Source: Candidatus Microsaccharimonas sp. (GTDB lineage: Bacteria > Patescibacteriota > Saccharimonadia > Saccharimonadales > Saccharimonadaceae). Taken from it: DNA of 64,000 nucleotides. The DNA lies in NCBI GenBank assembly GCA_049661485.1, contig JBATAC010000002.1, positions 556,699 through 620,698 of the forward strand, given 5' to 3'. Shown one piece after another: positions 31,169 to 39,782 of this stretch (position 1 is its first letter; every line of letters begins with the position of its first letter). The notes beneath the pieces were generated by a model that was given only the letters and a program-made list of their open reading frames with translations, ran no database searches and had not been told where the DNA came from. Made by a program: the position numbers and the translations under genes.

Positions 31169-32346
31169 TACTTAGCACTCCGTTGGTATTCTTTCCGGAT
31201 CTCTTCAATAATAACGTCACCAGCCTTAGAGATATTCTCCTCATTCGATAAATGACCAAGCGTAATACGCAAACTTCCGTCTGCAACTTCAGGTGCTAAG
31301 CCAATTGCAGTAAGTACATGTGAACGAGTTCCCTTATTAGCAGCGCAGGCACTGCCGGTTGCAACAAGCACCCCCCGCATTTCTAGCGCAAACAATACCC
31401 TCTCGGCATCAAGGTTAGGAAACGAAATATGAAGGTGCCCCGCTAACCGACGTTTTAAATCACCCGACAGAATGGCGTTAGGAAATGTGGCGGTAAGTTT
31501 TCGTTGCAAACTATCACGAAGTTTAGATAGACGGTCTGATTCGAATTTACGATGGTTACTTGAAAGCTCTATAGCTTTAGCAAAACCAATCACACCAGCC
31601 ACGTTCTCAGTTCCGCTTCGAAGGCCACGTTCTTGCCCGCCCCCAACAATTGTTGGGGTAAGTGTTACAGCCGGTGATGCCCATAATAAGCCAACTTGCT
31701 TTGGACCATAGACTTTTGCCGCATTGAGAGTCAGGAGGTCAATGCCTAAACGTGCTACATTAACATCAAGCTGACCAACACCTTGTGATGCATCTGTGTG
31801 TAAAAATAGAGGCGTGTGATCACCGCTAGCCAAGCGGGCTTCTCGAGTTTTACGAATAACTTCTGCGATATCTCGAAGTGGCTGGATAGTACCAAGCTCG
31901 TTGTTGGCAAGACCAACGCTTACTAGCTGAGTGTCCGGGTGTAAAGCTGCTTTTATTTTTTCAGCCGAAACCACACCTTTAGCGTCAGCTTCAACCAACG
32001 TGTAATCGTGGCGTTTTACGGCGGCTAGTACCGCATGATGTTCAATGTTTGCACTTACAACATGTCCAGTAACACTTGAGAAGGCTAGGTTTATCGACTC
32101 GGTTGCACCAGCAGTCATAACAAGGTCGTCTGCTTTCGCACCAATTGCCCGAGCAATGGTTTGTTTAGCCGCTTCGTATTCACGACGAACTTTTACAGCC
32201 GGTGCATAAGGCGCCGAAGGGTTATAAAAGTCTTCAGAAAAAAACGGCATCATCGCCGTTAGGACTTTCGGATCAAGCGGTGTCGCAGCCGCATGGTCAA
32301 GATAAATAAGATCGCCATTCACTTTACTTATTATACCGTAAGTCAC
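31168..32346 (-). CDS. cysteine desulfurase (class V aminotransferase, NifS/IscS-like)
   Basis: PLP-lysine context (LTLNAAKVYGPKQVG), SGTENV motif, and active-site Cys loop (ATGSACAAN). Confidence 0.85.
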   Translation of the reverse strand: MTYGIISKVNGDLIYLDHAAATPLDPKVLTAMMPFFSEDFYNPSAPYAPAVKVRREYEAAKQTIARAIGAKADDLVMTAGATESINLAFSSVTGHVVSANIEHHAVLAAVKRHDYTLVEADAKGVVSAEKIKAALHPDTQLVSVGLANNELGTIQPLRDIAEVIRKTREARLASGDHTPLFLHTDASQGVGQLDVNVARLGIDLLTLNAAKVYGPKQVGLLWASPAVTLTPTIVGGGQERGLRSGTENVAGVIGFAKAIELSSNHRKFESDRLSKLRDSLQRKLTATFPNAILSGDLKRRLAGHLHISFPNLDAERVLFALEMRGVLVATGSACAANKGTRSHVLTAIGLAPEVADGSLRITLGHLSNEENISKAGDVIIEEIRKEYQRSAK

Positions 32347-32347
32347 T

Positions 32348-33034
32348 CTAAGCTGCGCGACGTTCTTCGGCTGGAGGTGTGTACTGTAGATCTTGAGAAA
32401 TCTCAGCTTTCAAACCTTCGATATCTGCATCTATTGGATAAAGCTTTTCAAGGATGACAGAACGATATTCACGAACCACTGAAAGAAAATTTTTCAGTTC
32501 GTCAACAGAAAGTGAATAAGAGTGGCCATTATAAATTTTCTGAACTGATGTAGGTGTCACCCGGTAGATCAGCGCGTAATTTGGTTGTTTTGTTTTCGGA
32601 TCTAGATTGGCATATACAAAATCGAGAACTTTTTCACCACCATAGGCTTTCTCGATAAGAGGGTTCCTATCATCCAATACAAAAAGGTGCTGTGAGCCAT
32701 CTTGAGCAAATAGTAATCCGGCTTCTTCAGCTTCGTTATTTTTTAAGTCTTCATTAGTAACAAGCGCTGGTTTTTCTTTTCCAGTTAAACGGTCAAACCA
32801 AGATTGTCTTTCGATTTCATTTTTACGTTCAATTACCGCTTCCGCAATTGCGGTTTCACGAAAAGAAAAAATCTCTTCACCCATATCAACAATTGAATGA
32901 TACGTCTCTGGCGGTTGACGAAAACGATCAGCCGCGTAAATAACATTACTCATAGACTTATCAGTGATCTGATTTTCTACGATATGTAAGTTTGGAAGCG
33001 CGTATTCGTCTTTTGGCTGTATTGAATTGTACAT
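32348..33034 (-). CDS. hypothetical protein
   Basis: 228-aa ORF tightly packed between the desulfurase gene and tatD. No motif recognised. Confidence 0.5.
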   Translation of the reverse strand: MYNSIQPKDEYALPNLHIVENQITDKSMSNVIYAADRFRQPPETYHSIVDMGEEIFSFRETAIAEAVIERKNEIERQSWFDRLTGKEKPALVTNEDLKNNEAEEAGLLFAQDGSQHLFVLDDRNPLIEKAYGGEKVLDFVYANLDPKTKQPNYALIYRVTPTSVQKIYNGHSYSLSVDELKNFLSVVREYRSVILEKLYPIDADIEGLKAEISQDLQYTPPAEERRAA

Positions 33035-33088
33035 AGAAATAATACTCTCGTCATTAGAGTGTTTTTTTATGTGTTGGTGTAAGAATGT

Positions 33089-33868
33089 CTATTCCGCTAA
33101 ACGAAATAAAGCGCGGGCATTTCGTGTGGTAGCATCGGCAATCTCTTTGAGTGAAATTCCTCGGCGTTGGGCATGATACTCAGCCACTGTCCTCACATAT
33201 GCGGGCTCGTTTACTTTACCACGATATGGTGCAGGCGTCAAGAAGGGCGCATCTGTTTCAAAGACAATGCGATGAAGCGGAATGGCGTCAAACATTTCTT
33301 TTTGGCTTTCATCCTTCGTAAATGTACTGATACCGTTTACACCTATATATAAACCTTTTGCAATTGCCCTGTCCATATTATCCTTCGAATCAGTAAAACT
33401 ATGAAGGACACCACGGATCCCTTCGTAGCCATCAAAAATTGGCCAAAAATCGTCAAAAGCTTCGCGTACATGGAAAATAATAGGAAGATCGTGCTTCAAG
33501 GCTACCTCAATTTGAAATTTAAGAGCTTCAATCTGGACCTCTTTCGGGCTGTTTGTATAAAAATAATCAAGCCCAATTTCACCAACGGCAATGATCTTTT
33601 TATCCGTATTGGCAAGCTCAGCAATTTTAACATAGCCATCTTTTGTATCATGCGGATGAACACCAATTGCAGCGTAGGCGTTGGTGTGTTGCTGAGCAAA
33701 ATTAATTGCTTGCTCCGAGCTCTGTTGACTTGTCCCTACGGTGATAACCCTGTTCACACCAGCCTCGTCAGCACGAGCAAGTGCGTCATTAATTGAAAGT
33801 TCGTAGGGTTCGTGAAGGTGACAGTGGGTATCAATAAGTGAGATAGATCGGTCGGTTACCATATTCAA
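33089..33868 (-). CDS. tatD: TatD family metal-dependent hydrolase/DNase
   Basis: LIDTHCHL N-terminal motif, plus GEIGLDY, IFHVREA, HSFT and ETDAPFLTP motifs. Confidence 0.85.
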   Translation of the reverse strand: MNMVTDRSISLIDTHCHLHEPYELSINDALARADEAGVNRVITVGTSQQSSEQAINFAQQHTNAYAAIGVHPHDTKDGYVKIAELANTDKKIIAVGEIGLDYFYTNSPKEVQIEALKFQIEVALKHDLPIIFHVREAFDDFWPIFDGYEGIRGVLHSFTDSKDNMDRAIAKGLYIGVNGISTFTKDESQKEMFDAIPLHRIVFETDAPFLTPAPYRGKVNEPAYVRTVAEYHAQRRGISLKEIADATTRNARALFRLAE

Positions 33869-34941
33869 GATTGTACTGCCTCTTCAGCGTTAATAATATA
33901 ATCTTTAGACATAATTTGTGCGTCCGGCAACGAGAGGGCAACTAGGCCAGCGCTAAGAAATTCTTTACGACGAAGCCTAGCATCGATTTTTCGCGCATTA
34001 CCGTATGTATCGCTTCTTAACTTATCACCGTAATTAGTACCGGTCTGAGTTCGCACTACATCGAGGGCACATACTGCCATAGCAGCAGCCAATAAACTAT
34101 TGGGCCTGCTTGGTTTCATTAATCCGAGCCTCTCATTACTCGGAAATAAGAGCCTATTTCCATCCCACGATAATTGAGGTCTCGCTTCTAGTCCTGCTGA
34201 TTGAGAAAAAAGTGTTACGTTGTAAGTTTCAGCTTCTAAAACATCATCCATGCCAGCAAGCCCACCTACGGATACTTCGTATAAGGAGCTAGCATTCCTA
34301 GCTTTAAGTGGAAATTGAACTTTAGGAATATACACAGTGTGCCCACTGTTTAGGCGTAACTCGTGAGAAGAAGCGAACGATTGTCTTAATGGCACTTCTA
34401 CAAACAGGGCATTTCTTATTTCATACTGTACCTCAACTTGCTCGACTGTTGTTGGCTCGATCTTTAGTGTATCCAGAAACTCATTTAGATAGCCATTACG
34501 TATAGCGTCTTCAAATTTCTCCCCAGCGTATAACATAGATTGCTCGTCCGATAACACAGCAGATTGAAACACTTTTAGCTTTTCGCTTTGATCGTTCGTC
34601 ATAATATCTACAAGCTCACCTGAAGCTTGAGCAACTCTTTTTAATGATGGGCTAGCAAGCAACTCGCTTTTACCGCCCCTTGCACCTGATACTATTTGTT
34701 TTAGTCCATCAAGCACTTCGGGTGGACTAACATTATTCCTACCCACCAAACTACCAAACACATCACTAATAAAATCCTTACCAACCGAAAGCTCGCTTGT
34801 AACTTGATACTGCAAACCCGTCACACTATCCTGAGAGGCGGCAATCATCACCTTTGGCCTTGAATGGTTTGCCAACACAAAAGAACTGTCACCTGTCAGT
34901 TCTCGCTCGTCAATAAACACTTTTCGATTGGGTTGGTGCAT
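33865..34941 (-). CDS. hypothetical protein (358 aa)
   Basis: Start trimmed to MHQPNRKVFIDEREL (ATG at 34941, preceded by GGTGGGGGA). The 86 upstream codons in the ORF track overlap metG in another frame. No family recognised. Confidence 0.5.
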   Translation of the reverse strand: MHQPNRKVFIDERELTGDSSFVLANHSRPKVMIAASQDSVTGLQYQVTSELSVGKDFISDVFGSLVGRNNVSPPEVLDGLKQIVSGARGGKSELLASPSLKRVAQASGELVDIMTNDQSEKLKVFQSAVLSDEQSMLYAGEKFEDAIRNGYLNEFLDTLKIEPTTVEQVEVQYEIRNALFVEVPLRQSFASSHELRLNSGHTVYIPKVQFPLKARNASSLYEVSVGGLAGMDDVLEAETYNVTLFSQSAGLEARPQLSWDGNRLLFPSNERLGLMKPSRPNSLLAAAMAVCALDVVRTQTGTNYGDKLRSDTYGNARKIDARLRRKEFLSAGLVALSLPDAQIMSKDYIINAEEAVQS

Positions 34942-34963
34942 AGATATCCCCCACCCCTTAGAA

Positions 34964-36466
34964 TTAGTTGGTAGTATTTTTTTCGTGTGGGTCGGGTGTA
35001 TGAATATACAACTTAGGGAATAACACCCCGTCAAGTGGTTGTACGACGCCAGATTCAAAAGTATGGTGAATTGCAGCTGCGGTTGTTGGCATAAATGGAA
35101 GCAGTAAGTCGCCAATTTGAATGAGGGCACCGGCGCAGTGAGCCAAAACCTCAGACAAATGCGATTCAGCCTCGGCGTCTTTTCCAACTTGCTTGGCAAT
35201 TTCCCATGGTTTCACGTTATCGATGTATTGGTTAAGGCTACGAACCATATTCCACACTTCATCAATACCCTTGTTAAATTCAAGGTTGTCCATTGCTTGG
35301 TGGTAAGCGGTCATATCATGCTCGGTTTGTTCAGACTCGCCAATAACGCCAGCTTGGTAACGGCTGATCATGCCAGCGACGCGTGAAATTAGGTTACCTA
35401 GGTCATTACCCAACTCGCCGTTATAGGCGTTTTCGAATTTTTCCCAGGTAAAGTCACCGTCATCAAGGGTTGGGATATGACGTGAGAAGAAGTAGCGAAA
35501 AGCATCAAGGCCGTATTGGTCGATAATTTCATTTGGATCAATGACATTTCCGACTGTTTTACTGATTTTTGCACCACCAATGTTGATAAAGCCATGAACC
35601 AGTAACTTTTTAGGAAGTGCTAACCCAATACCCATAAGCATAGCTGGCCAAATACCAGCATGGAAACGTAAAATGTCCTTACCAATAACTTCTACGTCAG
35701 CTGGCCAAAAAGCATTATATTCATCTGGTCGATCCGGGTAGCCGATAACGGTAATGTAGTTAGCCAACGCATCAAGCCAAACATACATTACTTGGTCTGG
35801 GTCGTCCGGTACAGGAATACCCCATGTAAGACTTTTCTTTGGGCGCGATACACTTACATCCGCTAGTCCATCTTTAATAAGCTCTAGGAATTCATTCTTA
35901 CGAAACTCTGGCACAATTTCCATTGTTCCGTTATTAATTGCTTCACGAATTTTTTCAGTGAATGCGCTTGTTTTAAAGAAATAATTTTCTTCACTTACCT
36001 GTTGATATTGGGTTTGGTGGTCTGGGCAAACACCACCGGTTGCCTGAACTTCCTTGTCAGTGAAAAATGCTTCATGCCCCATGCAATACCAGCCACTATA
36101 ACTTCCTTTATAAATATACGGCAGAAGCTGCTTCCAAATATATTGAACCGCTGAAACGTGATGGTCATCTGTTGTACGGACAAAATCAGTGTATTCGGCA
36201 CCAACTTTTTTCATTAGTGCTTCAAAATTGACATAAGTTTTGTCGGTGTATGTCTTAGGGTCAATACCAAGTTCAGCCGCTTTAGCGGCAATCTTGTTAC
36301 CGTGTTCGTCAGTACCTACTTGAAAACGAACCTCGTGGCCGTTTTGTTTTTGATACCGCGTCCAAATGTCACCTAGTAAGTAATCGAGGGCGTTACCAAT
36401 ATGTGGCGTACCGTTAACATAGGGAATAGCTGTTGTAATATAAAGCTTCTTTTGTATTTGTTCCAT
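34964..36466 (-). CDS. metG: methionine--tRNA ligase
   Basis: Class I signatures (PYVNGTPHIGNA for HIGH; GAKISKTVGN for KMSKS) and the MetRS anticodon-binding domain. Confidence 0.9.
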   Translation of the reverse strand: MEQIQKKLYITTAIPYVNGTPHIGNALDYLLGDIWTRYQKQNGHEVRFQVGTDEHGNKIAAKAAELGIDPKTYTDKTYVNFEALMKKVGAEYTDFVRTTDDHHVSAVQYIWKQLLPYIYKGSYSGWYCMGHEAFFTDKEVQATGGVCPDHQTQYQQVSEENYFFKTSAFTEKIREAINNGTMEIVPEFRKNEFLELIKDGLADVSVSRPKKSLTWGIPVPDDPDQVMYVWLDALANYITVIGYPDRPDEYNAFWPADVEVIGKDILRFHAGIWPAMLMGIGLALPKKLLVHGFINIGGAKISKTVGNVIDPNEIIDQYGLDAFRYFFSRHIPTLDDGDFTWEKFENAYNGELGNDLGNLISRVAGMISRYQAGVIGESEQTEHDMTAYHQAMDNLEFNKGIDEVWNMVRSLNQYIDNVKPWEIAKQVGKDAEAESHLSEVLAHCAGALIQIGDLLLPFMPTTAAAIHHTFESGVVQPLDGVLFPKLYIHTPDPHEKNTTN

Positions 36467-36497
36467 TAACCTCTATTGTATCAGAGTATGGAATTAT

Positions 36498-37706
36498 TTA
36501 TATGCCGTCTGCCCTTGACCAATCGGTTGCGATATCGAAGCCGTCAGGATATCGCTGAGCAAACCCACCGGTATCATATACTTTACCTGGGCCAACGCTC
36601 GTTTCGACAACCGAACAACGTGGGTAACGCCCATAATTCGCAGCAATAATTGCATAGCCATCACGGTCTACCTTTACCCCGTCAGCCCGCACCTCATAGT
36701 AGCCACCTTGTCCACAGGCGCTCATAACCACACTCATATTAAGATCGTAATAGGTTTCCCGGTGGGCAACACCATTGCTATCAACAAAAACCTGAGCACC
36801 TTTAGATTTTGTCAAAGCATTTGGATTACTTTTAATACCAATTACTTCTACTTGGGGTTGCGGTTGTTTTGTAATAATACTGTTAATTTCGTTTCGAGCT
36901 ATCTCAACACCATCACGTACTTCAATCTCGTACGTTACCATACGAACACCATCGGCACCTTGAGTACTAATCGATTTATATCCAACCAGGCGGTCAGCAT
37001 CAAATACTTGCTCTTTACCAAATGCGATTGGCTGGTCAATACTTACAGTTTGTTTACCTTCACGCCATACCCGAAGCTGCATGCCAGCCGTAATTGGCGT
37101 ATTTAAAGCGGTAGACACCCGATCCTTATCACGAAGCTCGATGCCTTTTTCCTTAAGCATTTCACCAACCGTGGTTGCCTGGGTGCGAATTTCTGTCTTT
37201 TTAGTGTAAAGGTCAAGCGTCAGTGGTATTGCACGATCAATTGTCATTTGAAGGCCAGCTCCATCACTAATAAAATCAGTTGAAGGGCTTAGTTTTGTGA
37301 CATCTTCATCATATAGCGACATGCCGACATCGCGGGCTATTTGACTACCAACCTGGTAAGGTGTCATTACCTTTGTTCTTACGGCACCGTCAATAACAAT
37401 AACCGGACGAGCCCGGTATATATTCACTTTGTATTCTGGGGCAACTAATTCCTCATCACGCGACGGCTCAACCGTGTCACGGGAATCAAGCTCGAACCCC
37501 TTATCCTTCAGCGCATCTATTAATATTTTCTTATCACTTAAAAATGAGATTGTTTCACCCCGGTCATACACCGTAATAAGCCGCTTTGTTTCATTTTGAG
37601 CCCAAGCAATATAACTATTAACATTCGACATACAAGCAAGACCGACAAGAAAAATGACTCCGAAAATCAATACTTTTTTTGAAACTATTTTTGCCCACAT
37701 ACGCAT
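36498..37706 (-). CDS. DUF348/G5 domain protein with C-terminal 3D domain (YabE-like cell-wall enzyme)
   Basis: N-terminal anchor, DUF348 repeats, G5 domain (QTVSIDQPIAFGKEQVFDADRLVGYKSISTQGADGVRMVTYEI), and a 3D-like C-terminus (GYAIIAANYGRYPRCSVVETSVGPGKVYDTGG). Its position next to rsmA mirrors the Bacillus yabE-ksgA arrangement. Confidence 0.75.
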   Translation of the reverse strand: MRMWAKIVSKKVLIFGVIFLVGLACMSNVNSYIAWAQNETKRLITVYDRGETISFLSDKKILIDALKDKGFELDSRDTVEPSRDEELVAPEYKVNIYRARPVIVIDGAVRTKVMTPYQVGSQIARDVGMSLYDEDVTKLSPSTDFISDGAGLQMTIDRAIPLTLDLYTKKTEIRTQATTVGEMLKEKGIELRDKDRVSTALNTPITAGMQLRVWREGKQTVSIDQPIAFGKEQVFDADRLVGYKSISTQGADGVRMVTYEIEVRDGVEIARNEINSIITKQPQPQVEVIGIKSNPNALTKSKGAQVFVDSNGVAHRETYYDLNMSVVMSACGQGGYYEVRADGVKVDRDGYAIIAANYGRYPRCSVVETSVGPGKVYDTGGFAQRYPDGFDIATDWSRADGI

Positions 37707-37754
37707 TGAAAAGGGTCACACCTCTGTTATTCTCTTTATTATACCATCGACACA

Positions 37755-38537
37755 CTAGCTGTCTTGGTGGATAATTTCAACTAATCGTTGCCAGTCTTGA
37801 ATAGAGAGATGTTCAGCCCGATCATCAGGGCTTATACCGGCTCTTTTTAATAAATCTTCAGCCTGTTGCTTTGGTACATGAAGGCCACTTGCAATGCTAG
37901 TTCGAAGCTTTTTGCGTTTCGCTGAAAAGCCAGCTTTCACTACTCGAAAAAATGCTTTTTCATCATTTGAATCTACAAGTGCCATAGGTCGCATCGTGAG
38001 TATAACAACTTGGCTGTCCACTTTGGGTGGGGGTGTGAAAAGCTCGGCTGGTACCACTTCGCCCAGTTTAACTTCGGCATATACCTGAGCACTGACTGCT
38101 AAAATACTCATGTCACCCGGCTCAGCCGCTAAACGCTCGGCTACTTCTTTTTGAATAAGCAGTACAATAGTTTTCGGTTTATTAACTGAGGTAGTTAATA
38201 GTTGAATAATTTTTGAAGTAATGTAGTACGGAACGTTTGCGACCACTACATAATTTAAAGGAAGTTTAGTCAGATCAAACGTAAGAATGTCCTGGTTGAC
38301 AACTTCGAGCGACGTGCCTGGGAATTGACCTGGAAGTTTTTCAGCCAGCTTTTCATCAAGTTCGACGGCGATGACCTTTTTAGCCCGTCGAAGTAACGCG
38401 CTTGTAAGGGTTCCGAGGCCAGGACCAATTTCAAGCACGGTATCGTCCGGTGCAATACGGGCTGCATTGGCAATCGAAGCAAGCACCTCACGGTCTTTTA
38501 GCCAGTGCTGCCCAAGTGATTTTTTTGGCCCTGCCAT
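37755..38537 (-). CDS. rsmA: 16S rRNA (adenine1518/1519-N6)-dimethyltransferase
   Basis: Start trimmed to MAGPKKSLGQHWL (ATG at 38537). SAM motif (VLEIGPGLGTLT) and NVPYYITS motif present. Confidence 0.9.
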   Translation of the reverse strand: MAGPKKSLGQHWLKDREVLASIANAARIAPDDTVLEIGPGLGTLTSALLRRAKKVIAVELDEKLAEKLPGQFPGTSLEVVNQDILTFDLTKLPLNYVVVANVPYYITSKIIQLLTTSVNKPKTIVLLIQKEVAERLAAEPGDMSILAVSAQVYAEVKLGEVVPAELFTPPPKVDSQVVILTMRPMALVDSNDEKAFFRVVKAGFSAKRKKLRTSIASGLHVPKQQAEDLLKRAGISPDDRAEHLSIQDWQRLVEIIHQDS

Positions 38538-38544
38538 TCGCCCC

Positions 38545-39723
38545 CTAGTACCAATGATTTTTCTGCCAGAAGTTGTATGCGCCTTCCCAGCCACCATAGC
38601 GTCCAACGTATTGGTTCATCCAGTTCAAAGCCACCACTGGATTACTCCAATTTGTACCTAGCTTACTACATGGCAAAGCTTGGGCTAACCCACAAGCACC
38701 AGAAGATTTATTAACAGCGTTAGGGTTCCAGCCACTTTCTTTTTGTACCATAAAATCGGCGTAGCCCCAGAATTCTTGAGGAATATTTGATGCCGCGAGC
38801 CATTCTGATTTTGTGCCACCACCGGTGTAAGGAAGAGTATTCGGTTTACTGCCTACTATTTCAACTTGTTTGACTGGCTGAACGGTAGTAATAGCTGCAA
38901 TTTTAGTACGAGTAACTTCTACACCATTTTGGATATCAATTTCATAGGTAACGGTTTGCTTACCAGCCTGACCGGCAGTTTGCACTTCCTTGTAGCCAAT
39001 TGGTCGGTCGGCGTCTTTAATTTGTTCTGTATCGAAAGCAACCGGCTCTTCTGCGCTAACGGTTTGTTTACCTTCACGCCAGATACGAATTTCCATACCT
39101 TGGGATATAGGAGTTTCAGATGAAGCCGATGCTCGACCGTCTACACCAAGGTCAATGTTTTTTTCCTTCAGCATTTCACCAACTGTTTCGGCTTGGGTAC
39201 GAACCTCAGTTTTTGTACCATAAAGATCTATAACAAGCGGTACGGCCCGATCAATCGTTAACTGAAGCCCGGCACCGTCACCAACAATATCAGCTGAACG
39301 TTTTAATGCTACTGTGTCTTCGCTATGAAGTTGAATATTTGCATCACTGACGATTCGTTCAGCCGACTGGTAAGGAGTGACGACTTTCGTACGGGTTGCG
39401 CCGTCAATCACCGTTACCGGACGGGCACGATAAATATTTACCTGGTAATCTGGTGCAACCAATTTTTCATCAAGTGACGGTTCGACGGCGTCTTTATCAT
39501 CAAGCTGAATGTCATGCTCAATAAGCGCTTCTTTTAATGTCGCCTTCGTTGTAATAAAGGCTTTTTCTGCACCGCGATCATGAACGGTAATTAAACGGCC
39601 AGACTGGCTTTGTGCAGTAGCTGAATTCGTAAAGAACGCAGGCAGCATTGAAACTACTAAAAGTCCCAACGAAACAAAACATGCGCTAACAATAGTGGTG
39701 GATTTTTTTAGATGTAGCCTCAT
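38545..39723 (-). CDS. DUF348/G5 domain protein with C-terminal lysozyme-like/transglycosylase domain (RpfB-like architecture)
   Basis: N-terminal 280 aa are a paralogue of 36498..37706. The C-terminus (VQKESGWNPNAVNKSSGACGLAQA...AYNFWQKNHWY) resembles lysozyme-like (Apf/Sle-type) domains. Confidence 0.75.
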   Translation of the reverse strand: MRLHLKKSTTIVSACFVSLGLLVVSMLPAFFTNSATAQSQSGRLITVHDRGAEKAFITTKATLKEALIEHDIQLDDKDAVEPSLDEKLVAPDYQVNIYRARPVTVIDGATRTKVVTPYQSAERIVSDANIQLHSEDTVALKRSADIVGDGAGLQLTIDRAVPLVIDLYGTKTEVRTQAETVGEMLKEKNIDLGVDGRASASSETPISQGMEIRIWREGKQTVSAEEPVAFDTEQIKDADRPIGYKEVQTAGQAGKQTVTYEIDIQNGVEVTRTKIAAITTVQPVKQVEIVGSKPNTLPYTGGGTKSEWLAASNIPQEFWGYADFMVQKESGWNPNAVNKSSGACGLAQALPCSKLGTNWSNPVVALNWMNQYVGRYGGWEGAYNFWQKNHWY

Positions 39724-39782
39724 ATAGCTATGAAGAATTTACTCCCTAAAGTATCTTAGTAAGTATAGCATATTTAATACTG

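Noticed and set aside
34942-35199. The N-terminal 86 codons of ORF 33865..35199 overlap the 3' end of metG. Similar upstream extensions appear in the ORF track for alaS (to 29471), mnmA (to 30665), rsmA (to 38606), pcrA (to 41975), uvrC (to 5983), rplY (to 10640) and the response regulator (from 55366).
   Set aside because: The extensions overlap neighbouring genes or lack similarity to the conserved N-termini of these families. Internal ATGs that match the canonical N-terminal motifs were used instead, often with a ribosome-binding site.
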